Assembly (NCBI RefSeq): GCF_011386835.1
Contig: NC_088792.1
Span: 162,750,001 to 162,814,000 of the forward strand
Direction: 5' to 3'
Source of the DNA: Chrysemys picta bellii
Taxonomy: Eukaryota
Length of the DNA: 64,000 nt
Shown: in pieces, positions 45,855 through 58,641 of the stretch
Layout: each line of letters opens with the position of its first letter
Numbering within the stretch: position 1 is the first letter of the stretch
Notes under the pieces: model-generated
Seen by the model: the letters and a program-made list of their open reading frames with translations, nothing else
The model's database searches: none
Told to the model about the DNA's origin: nothing
Made by a program: the position numbers and the translations under genes

Positions 45855-48800
45855 TCATTGTATTTCCACATGGAAGCTGGAGCTGGCCAGCTTTTGCTCC
45901 CATGCTGGTGGTAGTTTCGATTTACACTGCAATGGTTTATGGCACTCTGCGTCAGTCAGGGAAGGGTAATGCTGCCTGTAGCATAGGTATGCAAATGTGA
46001 AACCAATCGCTGAGCCAACCAGCACATCTGTGGGGTGGAAACAAAAGGGTTATTCACCCCCAGCTCGCTGCACTGTCTCACTGAACCCCAAGGAGCTATG
46101 CTCAGACACCACAATGATAGGCAACGCAGGGCCTGTCAAATCCACTGCTGTTCAGAGCTCTTACTGGGACCAGGCAACGATCCCCGAAGACACTTTCCCA
46201 TTCATAAGTACCCGTCCCATGGCACAGCTCCAGGCACTACACACTGTGAGTACGATGCCTGCCCTCCTCAAGCCTGCTCATGGTGCTCCAGTTAGAGCTG
46301 CCACTTAATCTTCAGCTCTAGTGCTGAGCAGAACACACATTTCACAGTGAGCTCTCTGCCTCCGCTACTTACAGCCCAAAGAGTATGAGAGATCACGACC
46401 CTGGAAATTACTTTTTCTTTCACCAACATTCCCTTGTCCCACTTAGAGCCCTGAACATCAGTGCCCCATGCTACCTATCCAGGGTCTTCTATGGTGCCCA
46501 TCACTATGGTCACTGAGCATGCCCCAATTACTTAACCCTGTTCCCACAGCCCCTGCTCTCCTCTCCCCCGGGCCAGCATGCTCACCTTGCCAGTGGTGCT
46601 TGTAATCGCAGGTGCGGGACAGAGCGATGAGGAGAGCGCAGAGCAGTGGTGATAAGAAGGCACAGAGCCGCCAGGATTTTCCACGCCCGCCAGGGGTGAA
46701 GCAGTGCAGCTTTCCTGCCAGGTAGAAGGCAGAGAAGGCAAGACCAGCAAAGGCAACTGGGCAAAAGGGGGAAATTCACGTCACTTAAGAACCCAAGCCC
46801 CAGCAGACACACAAACCCCAGCTCAAGGGCCATCCATTGCCAGGAGTGATTTAAGAGTATAAAGGCCCCCTCTGAGCTTGTCCTGAAAGGACACTAGGCA
46901 AAAAGCAGGGACAGGGAGCCTGGGCTGGGGAGGTAGTACTGATACCTGGCACTCGGGAGCTCTGCAAATAGCAGTGAACTTCGTGCATCGCCATTTTACA
47001 GAGGGAAAAGTGAGGCCTGGCAAGAAGTCAATGAACATGCCCCAGGCCATGTGGCAAGGCAGTGGCAAAGTTGATCCCACCTCCCAGGCACCTGCTCACC
47101 CTTGTTTGGTTCTCCCATGATGCACTGCAAAGAGGAAACAAACGCTTACAAGAGGAATGCCCACTCGGGAAGCTCTTGCGTCCCTCAGTCACCACGTCCA
47201 GGTCACCGGTGCACACCAGCTTGGTGTTTGCCCGTCCATCCGGAAAGCAGCGGTAGAAGAAATCTGGCCGTGGCCTAATGGGCAGAGAAGCAAAGCATGT
47301 GACCCTGCACCATGCAGAGGAGGAGACACTTAGCTGCTGGCATGGTTTGACTGGATGCTCCCCAGCTCAGGCTAAAGCACCAGAGGGCATCCTTGCCCAC
47401 CTGCTCCAGAATCCCCCCAGCACAGCACAGCCCTCTAGGAGCCTTCAAAACACCTACCCTGTCCACACAGCACCCAAACCCACGGGTCCATTCCAGGAAC
47501 CACACAGAGTTCTGAAAAGGGTCCTGGGGAAGGAAAGGGCTTGGGGTAGAGAATAGGGTATGGAGTCCTTCACCCCCAGGTGGCTGGCAGCTCTGGAAGT
47601 GAGAGCGCCTGACTACAACAGATAGTCATTGCCCTCCAACAGCTGCTCAGTAGCCTAGGTGGTGGTGGTCCCAATCCCAGGCCCTGAGACTGACCAGTAG
47701 CCACACCTCAACTGGCAGAAGAGTCAATGTGCTACAGTGACTCAATTCCCCACAGAGCCTGGTAGAGACCCTCCAAGAATAGGCTTGTGAACTGGTGAGA
47801 GCATGCAGGGAAAGCTCACCTTGCCACTGCTGCTTTGTGGAGAGACACTGCCATTCCCCAAGGCCATCGGGCCTGTCCCCACACTAAATTCACTGAGGGT
47901 GGGTGGTTAAGAGAATGCCCCTTGCCTGTCCCTGCACTCCCCCCCAAAGGGTCTGGGAAAATATAGCCCGTCTCAGGCAGCGCACTGCTGACTGCCACAT
48001 AAAAGACTGCCTGGGTCTGCGGGCGCAGGGGTTGGCGATGAATGGACTTTCTTACCTTCCCACGACTAGCTTCACAGCATTTGTGAAGACCCCGTTCAGG
48101 GCAAGAGCAAGGCTGGCAGCTGGAAGAGAGCAAAGAGCCCATATCAGCACCAAATGCACATTAAAATTTAACCAGCCCACACCCGCAGCAGTGGTTGGAG
48201 AAACTTTGCAGGTGGAGTCGGCCAAGCACCTGATCAGTAGCCTCTATCAGAGGGATGCTTCAGCTGGTGCTGATGCTGCACTGACCTGTGTCTCTGAGTT
48301 GACTTGAGAGGTGGCACTTTCATCTTACATGACACCTGGCACACGGGCAGCAGGGAAGAACGTCCCTTGCCCAGCAACATTGAGCATTCCCTGCAGGTGT
48401 TTGCCTTAAGGTTGAAGGGAAGGGCTGGATTCGGAGTCAGACAAGAGGGGACCATGGTCTGGGAGTGGTTAAGCCCACAGAGTTTTTTAAGAACAATGTG
48501 TGAAATCCTGGCCCCATAGAAGCCAATGTTTTGCGACTGACTTCAGTGGAGCCAGGATGTTGCCAAGTAAGTGAAAGGCACACAGTGGGAGACAGTCCAG
48601 CGAATAGGCCCCAAGCAGGAGGAAGTTCCCAATTCCCATGTTGCACCCTGGCCAACATGCTGTGTCTGACCAGCAATGGATTCAAGAGACCCCTCCTCCC
48701 CCCCAGGCCCACTCTCCATCACACGGAGGTTCCTGAACCGTAACAAGGAGATGCTCCCACCCTAAGCTATAACATTAGCCACAGCTCTAAAGAACCACTG

Positions 48801-51800
48801 CATGAGTACAATGATGCTCCCTGTATCCCATGTGCTGGGTGCTGATCTACCCATTGGGCATTACTGCTGCTACAAGGAAGAACTTGTTTGCCCCAAGGAT
48901 GCCCTCAGTTCAGCATAATGTTGTCGGTGTGACTATCAGGATGGGGGGTGGGGGAGGGAAGCTCACCCAAAAAGGCCTCCTGCGTGTCTCTGCGGTCAAC
49001 TTTCATGAGGAATTTTGCCAGAAGGATGAACGTCAGGGGACACAAAAACGAAATTAACTGCAACGACACAAGACAGCACAGTAACAACATTGCACGTTTG
49101 TTCCTGGAGCTCCCTCGGCTTCCCAACCAAAAATCAATGCATGAGCTGTTAAAGGAGGCTAAAAACCTTCACCCCTAAACCAAAGAGTACTGCCCCCTTC
49201 ACTCTTTACAAACCGAAAGCTGACCCCAACTATTAGCGTCGGTAGCTAATACTGAATAAGCGTAGGTACCAGTAGCATGGCTTCCTCTCTGTTGTCTGCC
49301 ATCCAGCTCTCACTAATGCCCTAACCTGCAGGGGTCAAAGTCCATCAATAGGGAGCTCTCCAGATACAAGGACAACAAAGGTAAAGAACAGCAGCCAAAA
49401 ATTCTCCCTGTTAAAAAGTCCATCTCCAGTCCGTGTAATATCCTTGCCCTGCTGCTGCTTCTGTTTAGGTGAGCTCTTAAGGGGGCTTATATTCATATAC
49501 GTCTGTAAAATGCCAAACACCTCGTAGGACCTGTATAAATAATCACACTGACATAGGGGCCTGCAGCCTCAGCTTGCTTTCATACATCACTTCTGCTGTG
49601 GGGCTCCCTCGCTGCTGCTCATTCGGACGGTGCTTCCTGAGAACAGTAAGGCCCCCGACATGTTTCACTTTCTAGGCGCTTTGCAAATATTAACTAATTA
49701 ATCCATCAGCTGTAGCATCCAAATTGTTTGCTAGGGAGAAAAACAAGAGCAGCTGTAATGAGACAGCAGTTGTTACTGCTGATATCTCAGGGACAAGGAA
49801 CTCTTGGGGATTGTGTCACAACACCCAGTGATCCAGGGAATGCTCTTGTCATTTGCGGTCACTTTGGGAGTCTAACATGGCACTTGACCTAAAGTCAACT
49901 CACCAAATCCAAATGTCATGCAAGAGTTTTCTCCTTTAGCATTTCCTACATGCTGTACCTGCCTCTTCAACAAAAAGGAACTGTAGTTCTTTGCCTCCAA
50001 AGCCACAACCAATCCAAGAACTGCAGCATCTCGCCAGGAATGCCACTTCCCCAAATCAAGGGACACAGCCCATCAACGAAACACTGTCTACCTGAAAGCT
50101 GGTGAGTTTACTTTGAACACATTTTTTTAATCTCACGTCCTACCCCTGCACTGGGGTCCAGTTTTTGCGGTTTTATAATCACATTTTCCTACTTTAAATG
50201 TTTTTTCTCCTCCGTTGCTATGTGAAACCCCACCCAAACAGCAGGGGAAGCTGTGTCTGGGCAGCACTGTACCTGCAGTCAGCTTCACTATACAAACTGA
50301 TACAGAATTAAAATTCTCTCTTCCAGTTATAATGATCTTAAGTGCTACCTGCAGATGTAGTAGGCAAACAGTTTTCAGAGAGGAGCCTGTTTTTTTCTGA
50401 GGGTGTCCCTATAATCCTCTATGTCACACTTCCATTCTTCTTGAGCTTCATTCAGGTTCTGAGTCATCACAGCACTTAAGCATGTGCTGAACTCTGATCA
50501 CAAGCTAACGTGCTTTGCTGGATCAGCACCCAGTAACCACTCATCCAATCGATCATCACCTCTCCCTCTCTTCCCATCTCATCTTTCCCCTGCCTCCTCT
50601 TTCTCTAGGGAGCTACATTCCCTCTTCTTTGGCTTGCTTGTATAGTTATATCTCCTACCGCCAATAAAAACTTCTAACTCACCAAAAGACGAGGTTGTTA
50701 AAAACAATTTCTAATAAAACTTAGACCAACAGAAACAATTTCACATTTAATACAATAAAATTCCACTGAAAACAGTTGATTTGAAACAATATTCCCTGGC
50801 AGCGTGTGAAATGCAAAGCTCTGCAGCACTGAGAACCTGACAGTAAAAGTGACTGTGAACAAACATGAAACTGATTTTCAGTGTCCAAGCTCAAATGCAA
50901 AAAGTGATCTCAGAGCATCAGTAAGGATAGGTAAGTCAGATTTTAAAAATTCTTTCATTTCTAATCATCTAAAATATCATTAGTATCATAAATTAAGAAG
51001 AGTGTTTGTTTCCATGATTTTTTAGCTGATAGCTAGTATTTCAAGAAAAAAAACTAAAAAGAGTGTAGTGACCTGGGCGAATACTTACAAACATAAGCTT
51101 AGTGGGTACATGGTCCACTTCTATGTATGGGTTTTTATAAAGCCACATCTCTTCAGGCTGTATGACACGTTCAAATGGAGGCAGAAGTTCCATGATCCTA
51201 GAGAAAAAACAAGAGAGTTTGGAAAGATGCATGCTAGTGCTGGGATTTGGGTAGTTCTAAGGAGATGGTCAGTTGAGTGACTCCTACTTACTCTCTCACA
51301 CAATACAAGAACAAGGAGACACTAATGAAATTAGAAGGCAACAAAGGCTGAAACTGATGAAACACTTTGCACGCACCTATTGCCACAAGGCATTGTTAGA
51401 AACACTCAAATCACCCTGCCAGCACAGTGATTCTGTTTTATTACCAGAGGATCCAAGAGGTTGGTCGAATTCAAAAAGGCACTAGCTATTTACATGACTA
51501 ATATGAATTCCTCTCTCATATATACTAGCTATGATTAAAATATATATGAGATAAAACAATATGCTTCAGGGCACAAGCCAACCACTGACTGCTTGGGGCT
51601 AGGAGAAAACTTTCCCAATTAGCAGGTTATTGTATGATTGTCCATGACGCATCTGTTACAGGATACAGTCAGAGGCTGGGTACTGAAATAGATGGGTCAT
51701 TGGTATTCTCAGATATGTCCAATCCTATCTTCCTAACTCCCTAATGAGTAGTCAGGTTGCATCTTGGGCTTGTCTACATGAGAAAGCTACACTGGTTCAA

Positions 51801-53232
51801 GGGATAAATTTAAACCAATATAGTTAAACCAATGCAAAAAGCTGTGTGGACACTGATTCTGGTTTAAGAGTGGCTTATCTCACGGGAATTGCCAGACTGG
51901 ATCAGACCCAAGGGTGAGGTCCCCCTAGTCCTGTACCATATCTTAACAGTGGCCATCACCAGATGCCTCAGAGGAAGGTCCAAGAACTCTGCAGTAGGTA
52001 AATGTGGGATACTCCACTGTCAGCCTTAGGGCTCCTTCTGATCTCTTGTAGTTAGAGATTGGCTTAAACCCTGAAGCACGAGGTTTAATATCCTGTTTAG
52101 CATTAATTATTACTCTGGATATTCTTTTTATCCATATAACTATCCAGTCCTTTTTTGACTCTTGCAAAGTTTTTGGTCTCAGTGACATCCCATGGCAATG
52201 AGTCCCACAGCTCAATTAGCATTTCAGTCAGTTTATCAGGTATAGATGTGAGGCATACCGGTCTGTAATTCCCAGGATCCAGAGCCATTCTTAAATATAG
52301 CCACATTTGTTACCTTCCAATCTCTACTTTATTCAACAGGTTTAAACTAAAGTGTCATGCACCAGTTTAACAGTATCAATTTAAGAACCACTTTAAGTTA
52401 AAGGGGCAACTTTCCTACACAGTCAAGGCCTCTATCTCCATGAAGGGAACCTCCTCTGTTTTGAAAGTGATCTGAAAGAGGAAATATCACAGCCAAGTCA
52501 GCCACATACCTCTGTGCTGAATCCCTCCAGGCTGGTTACACTAGGGGAGGAAATGGAGCATTCCACACTAGTACAGGTTTAACCTAACCTCTAAAAAATA
52601 AAACCAGGTTCTCTGAAGCTGCCATCCAGTTCCCTGGTTCTGGGGTGTCACAGATACCACTAGGGCTGTCTGACTCCAGAGCTTCCCATCATGAAGTCAT
52701 AGTGCAGCCCAGACCACCAGTGACAATAGTTACCACTTGGCAGCCGGTAGCCAAGTGCAATGAGTGGATTGGCTCTCAGTCCAGTGTCCAGCTGGCACAG
52801 AAGGATCACATCAACAGAACCAGGGGGGTGGGCTGTTCTGGGGGACCCCCATGTGTGCTAAGTTGGGGGGTTCCCCCACCCTGTCCCTAACGGGGGTGTT
52901 TCCCAGGGGGATCCCCATGTGCGCTATATGGGAGGGGGGCTGCCCCGGGGTCCCCATGCGCGCTAAAGGTGGGGGGTTCCCCCGCCTTGTCCTTAACGGG
53001 GGGGGGGTTTCCCAGGGGATCCCCAGTTGCGCTATATGGGGGTGGGGGCCGCCCCGGCGATCCCCGCCTGCTCCGGGGGGTTCCCCAGCCGTATCCCAGA
53101 CCGGGTGCGGGTGCTTCCCAAGGGGAACCCCCGCCTGCGCGACGTGTCCCCCCGGCCGGACCCCACTCACAGGAAGGCCCCTACGAGCAGGCCCCGCGCG
53201 CCCACTTCGGCCACCAGCCGCGGACCCTCCAT
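45855..53232 (-). CDS. PLPP5: Phospholipid phosphatase 5 (PPAPDC1B), 264 aa
   Basis: Exons 53232-53171, 51197-51089, 49057-48967, 48119-48056, 47274-47150, 46756-46586, 46027-45855. Total 795 nt with consistent phases. PAP2 motifs KLVVGRPRP, PSGH and [12 protein letters not shown] are intact. Confidence 0.96.
51520..52400. mobile_element. Cluster of CR1 fragments (both orientations) and a split MITE in PLPP5 intron 1
   Basis: CR1 peptides [17 protein letters not shown] and [13 protein letters not shown] on -; CR1-type 3'UTR on + at 51520-51720; gggcttgtctaca..ttaaacc MITE-like pieces at 51767-51880 and 52340-52400. Confidence 0.6.
52830..53150. repeat. GC-rich degenerate tandem repeat at the start of PLPP5 intron 1
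   Basis: ggggggttccccc(a/g)cc(c/t)tgtcc(c/t)taacgggggg..ggatcccca..gcgctatatggg at ~52864-52935 and ~52971-53040. Confidence 0.8.
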
Positions 53233-53500
53233 GGCCCGGGAGAGGAGCACGGCGCGGCCGCACCCTGCAGCGAGACGCGCCGGGGCTGGCGCCTCCTCCC
53301 CGCCCGGGCCCGGCCACGTGGCTGCAGCCAGAGCCACCCGAGCCCGCCCTCTGCCGTGAGCCGCCCGCTGGTGCGGCCCTGCTACGGGAAAACCCGGACA
53401 CCTCCCCCCCGCCCCGGCCAAACGTTACACAAATCCCATCACCGAGCAACCCAACCACTACGGACACCCAGCTAACCCGCAACCCCTCCCCCCGGGAAAA
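53000..53500 (-). promoter_or_regulatory. PLPP5: PLPP5 CpG-island promoter
   Basis: CpG-dense tract around exon 1 with GC boxes (cccgccc at ~53320, 53344, 53408). Confidence 0.75.
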
Positions 53501-54599
53501 AAACACACAACACAACACAGGCACTGGTGCAATGCAGGTAACTCCCATGCGTTTCCAGGGGGTAGTAAAGAGGTTGGACCTGAACTGTCAAAACAGCTTG
53601 GCCATTCTGCCCCGAGGAGCTTTTCCTAACAGCTATGCACTAGATACTTAGAATGTCTTTCAAAATAAAATCACAGGAGGGAGAATTCATGTTTTACTTT
53701 TTAAACATATGGGAGTAGAAGGAATTCACCAAATAATCCCTTTTACAAATGAAGCAAGATTTAAAGATACACCCAAGGAGAATTGGCAAAGGTCATAGAG
53801 CAAGCAGTAAACCAAGGGTTTAAAAACAAAAGATTTAATAAGGAAGCATATTCTGAACGTCAGCCTTGGGGCTGGGTTACCTTTTTGTGCTGAAATCTCT
53901 GAGATTAAGCTGCCTCCTCTAAGGTGTCTGTAAAATGTCCAGTACACTTTGGGTGCTATATAAATAAGACCAACAGGAAACATTTAAGCCACTTGCCAGA
54001 GTATCCATAGATCAGTTAAAGATTACCAAACAAAACCCCCTTCCTACTGAACCAGTCCTTCTTTTAGACATAGAGAAAAGGCACCTGCTACAAATAATGA
54101 GCAACACTAGAATTCACAGTGGTACTGCATTAGTCTCTTCGGTCCGCCGCTACTTCTACAATCCCATTTGAAGCACAGTTACTAGTATAAATGTCAACTG
54201 ACAATATTTTATAAAGGACAATCAATATGTAAGATCACAACCCAGTTGCACATAAATTTAGAAAAGCACAAACATTAAATTACACTAAAGATCTAAGAAA
54301 TAGATGCTAGATTAATGCTCCAGTTCAACTAGGATGACAGCACCAGAGAACGAGTATGAAAGAATCAGGCCTGACTTATTTTTCAAAGCAACTGACTCTG
54401 TTGACTCTAGAGGCTTTGAAATATAAATGTAAAAGCTGTTTCTTCCGGTTGTACAAAGTTCCTTTTGATGTGCTTTGTAAAACTGAGCTGCAGAATGCTT
54501 CCCATCGATTCCAGGCCTTCCCTCTGTGATCATCCATGTTAAAGAGGCTCTATTATAAATATATAGCGGCTCTCTCTACAGAGATTTTCAAATAGACCA

Positions 54600-57500
54600 C
54601 ATTTGTAACTTTTTTATTCAGTTGAATTCACACATGAGCGTCAATAAATATTTTACATTATATCTGTTTATTGGTCACTTTGCTTGCTGTGTGTTTTTGT
54701 TGCAGCTAGATAGTTCAGAGGTTCTCTGTCCATAGATTGAAAGTTACAATATGAAAAAATTCACATTCTTAATTGGAACATTCAGAACAATTTATTGAAG
54801 TCAACCTCAAGCAAAATTTTAAATCAGTGGAATGTCATTAAAAACCTTTCCAAATTAATCCTCACAGAAGCAAAAACACATCTGAATTCCAAAGTATTTG
54901 TAAAATAAAAAAGGCAACATCTCAGTAAATATAATGTACAAAAATTATATGATCCTACCATCACAACATTCAGTAAGAAGCTAAAATATTACAGGCAATT
55001 CTAAATACACTATAACTAGTTGACAATAAGCTATCTATATACAGGTTAACCAAGCTTTACAGGTTTCACACTATGCAAGAGAACATAGGCCAAACAACAA
55101 CCCCCCTCCCCAATATTGTATATCTCAAAGTCTATGCGGCAACATCAAGTCATAATACAGTAATGCCCCAGTGGAACATCCCCAGGGAAAATTAACACTA
55201 CTTTGTTAGTGTCAAGAGCTTCTAGCCAAGTTCTAGAAACTCTTAAGATATTGACTTTAGTGAATATTGATGCTTTGCTATTAAAGACTCAAGTGATTTA
55301 GTTAAAATAACATTTCACAGAATCTACAAAGTTTGTTACAGATAAACAAAGTCTACAGAAATAACGACTCTACAAAGGTCATTGTTACAGATAAAGATTA
55401 CATGGAAATGAAAACAGAATCTGTAGGTATCTGTGTTTGTTGTGCAATATCACTTGTGTAGGTACAAATGGGTTACATTTTAATAGCAACCCCAAATATG
55501 CACATACCCTTATACAAAAAGGACAATTATTACTAGCCAGTTGTAATAGTTATTGTATCATCTTGGTTTTCAGTGGCAACGATTAGTTTGCTTATAAATT
55601 AAAAAATATGACACTAGAAATGAGATACGGATCAATATTAATTAATAGGAAGCAAATGTATTTCCTCCAGTCTGTTTGTAAATCAAAAGTGAACAAGAAT
55701 TCCTTAAAAACGTCCAGTGCTAGGCTATGGGACAAATGTTTGGGAGAGGATCAAACATATAGCCATAGTTGCTTTTCAAGCTAGAAGAGACACCATTAAA
55801 AATGGTATCTCTCACTCTTGTGCACAAATGCAATCAGTACCACATGACAAACAGTGAATGCATGGCTTTGGCAAATTCATATCTATTGTCCCTTTTTGTT
55901 TTTATATTGTCCTATACGAAGTACAGACATTTTCAGTTTTATAATCCTCCCACCCTCACTAGGGTAAAAGTACCTGAGTTTGCCACTCAGGAGTAGAATA
56001 GAATAAGAAACAAGCATTTTTTTCTTTTTCTGAATGACATCTTGAATACATCCAGAATTTCAGGAGTGTATCATAAGTGCAAATGTCTTTTACTATACAA
56101 AAATAAGTGGTGTGGGGTGAGGGAGTTGATACAATATTATGAAGTAAAGGACATCAAAAAGTCAAAAAGTTGCTGGTGTCTCATGCAATACACTTCTCAT
56201 TAAGAGCATACATAAGTCTGAGACATCTGCTTTGAAAAAAATCTCTCCATTTTGCCTTGAATACACTGTACACTGGGAGTGGAAAGTAATTTTTAATTCA
56301 AGTTAAGGGGGGAGGTAAAGAGACTTTTGATGTCGCATATAAAAATGTTATCTATGTATAAATAAAATAGCTGTAAAAATAATGAACTGCAGAGCTTCAA
56401 GTACATTAAACCCTGAATTCAATGAGGCAGAGGTTTCAATGTTAAAGTGACTACTTCGTACCAGCGGCAGACATTCTCATTCCCCTACCCCACCTCCCTA
56501 ACCCAACCCAGATAACTTTTTTTTGTAAAGTTCAGTATATACATATTTTACGTCTAGACGTTCACTTTCTATTATGTCTAGTAAGTGTGTCTGTCTGATT
56601 CCACCTGGAAACTAAGATATAACAAGTTTTTAGTGGAAAGGCCAAACAAAACATTCTAACCCTCTCAGTCCATGTTAGACTCTCTAAGCCTCTGGTGGTA
56701 AATGTAGTGAAGATAAATTCATCCAGAAAAAGTTGCCCTTACAATTAGTTGTCCTGAGCTGCCAACGCCTTCCACTCTTACGTCCTACTCACATGACGAC
56801 AAGCCAATTTTACAGACTATCGGAAAACTGCAGTAATTAATCCTTACAGCATTAAGGCATGGTCCACAGAACCTCGATCTGAACTAAGATGCATACTCTA
56901 TAATAAAAGGGGTCCAGTAAAGTAAACCAGAAACATCTGTGCAGGGCAGCTCAGGTATTGCATTACTGTGTAGCCAGCATAATAATATCATCTAGAGTCA
57001 GGTGTTTGCTGAAAGTTTGACCCTATTTTAAAACTAAACAGACAAAACATCCAAATGAGGGGTAAAACAATGTAATTAGCACCTCCTTCACTTAAGAAAG
57101 GGCTGCCAGATTATTATATACAGTCAATTAGAGTACTTTATTTTCCAGCCAGGAAGTAACAACCAACCACAGCATTCTCTTCTTTGCAGCAAATTGTAGG
57201 ACTCTGGACTAAAACTTCCAAACAAACAAAAAACGCCTCTCTCACATTCTTCCTACAGCTCAATTCAGAGACACTGAAAGTTGAATTCAACAGCCCAAAA
57301 TACACAGAAATACTGATAAATCAAAATGTCAATATTTACAGTAACAAATTTATAGCAACAAATTTCTGCTTTACTACAAAAGTTATGTTATTCCTCCATT
57401 CACTTTAAATAATGTTACAAAAACATGGTTAAAATTTGTTTTCAGCATATTCTGTGTTCTGCATACAAAACCATCACCTAAATAAAGATAATCCCCAGTT

Positions 57501-58594
57501 GTCACCAATTTATTTCAACCCAATGGTCTCTTATTTCACTAAAAAACTTCCTGATGCTTTGGAAATTCTCCCTCTGTCGCAGTTAGAAAACCAATTCAAG
57601 TTTTATATTCATAATTATACATATTTAAAAGCTATCCTTGTCTTCACACCATTAATGTCTCAGCCCAGCTGTTGGCTGCTTTCAGTTACAGTTGTCTTAT
57701 GTAAAGGATTAGATAAGAGAGGACAATCAGCAAGAACTTTGAAACAGAAGATATAAAGTGACATGGCAGAGGAGTGACAACTGACTCCATGACCCTCGCA
57801 GCATTATATGATTTGCTAAACTTTCAGAGTACCTTCATATACTTAGTTACGCCCAACATGCTGATATGTCATAGAATATATTTTGATAATTTCACATGGC
57901 AATTAATATTTTTAAACCGCTGTCAGCTCATTGACATCTCAAATGCTTAAGGCATTTTGACATAGCCATTCCTCCCCAGTCAATGACAACACAGTGTTGA
58001 CATACTATAGAAGAAAGCACCCGGGAACACTTTATCATACAATATTTTAAAAGTTCAGCACTTTCTGGCTTACCATATCCTAAAATCATCTGAACAACAG
58101 AAAACCTAACATTTTATTATGCAATGTAAACGGATCAGGTCTTATGGAACCTACCAAGGAAAGAGTTGTGTTTGGAATTTTAGAAAAGGGTGAAAACCTT
58201 CTCCATTAAGAGCTTCTTTTTATTTATCACAAAAAAGCTAAGAAAAATAAAATCCTATTTTGTTTAAATATTTTTTTTTTAAATACCAAAATATAGCACT
58301 GCTTACAAGCAAGATTAGTGTTTTAGACATTCACTTCAGTTTTGGCCATAACAGGACAAGTGATCTGAATTTTCCATAAGCACTCTGAACTATAAACTGA
58401 CCCAAAGATCACATGAGAGATCTATACTATGTAATAAAACAAAAAAACCCAAACAAACTGAGTTTTCTGGAAAGGGATCTGTAAATTGTTCCAAGAGGAA
58501 TAGCTGCCAGGTCAGTGAAGTGGCATTTCAGGTGCTTCAACGGCTGTAGTGTATTTTGTTAATTTTGCAATTGCACAAAAAAAGAAAAAAAAGT

Positions 58595-58641
<47 letters not shown>

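Noticed and set aside
52764-53651. 295-aa and 245-aa ORFs over the PLPP5 promoter
   Set aside because: GC-rich low-complexity frames; the real CDS here is the 62-nt PLPP5 exon 1.
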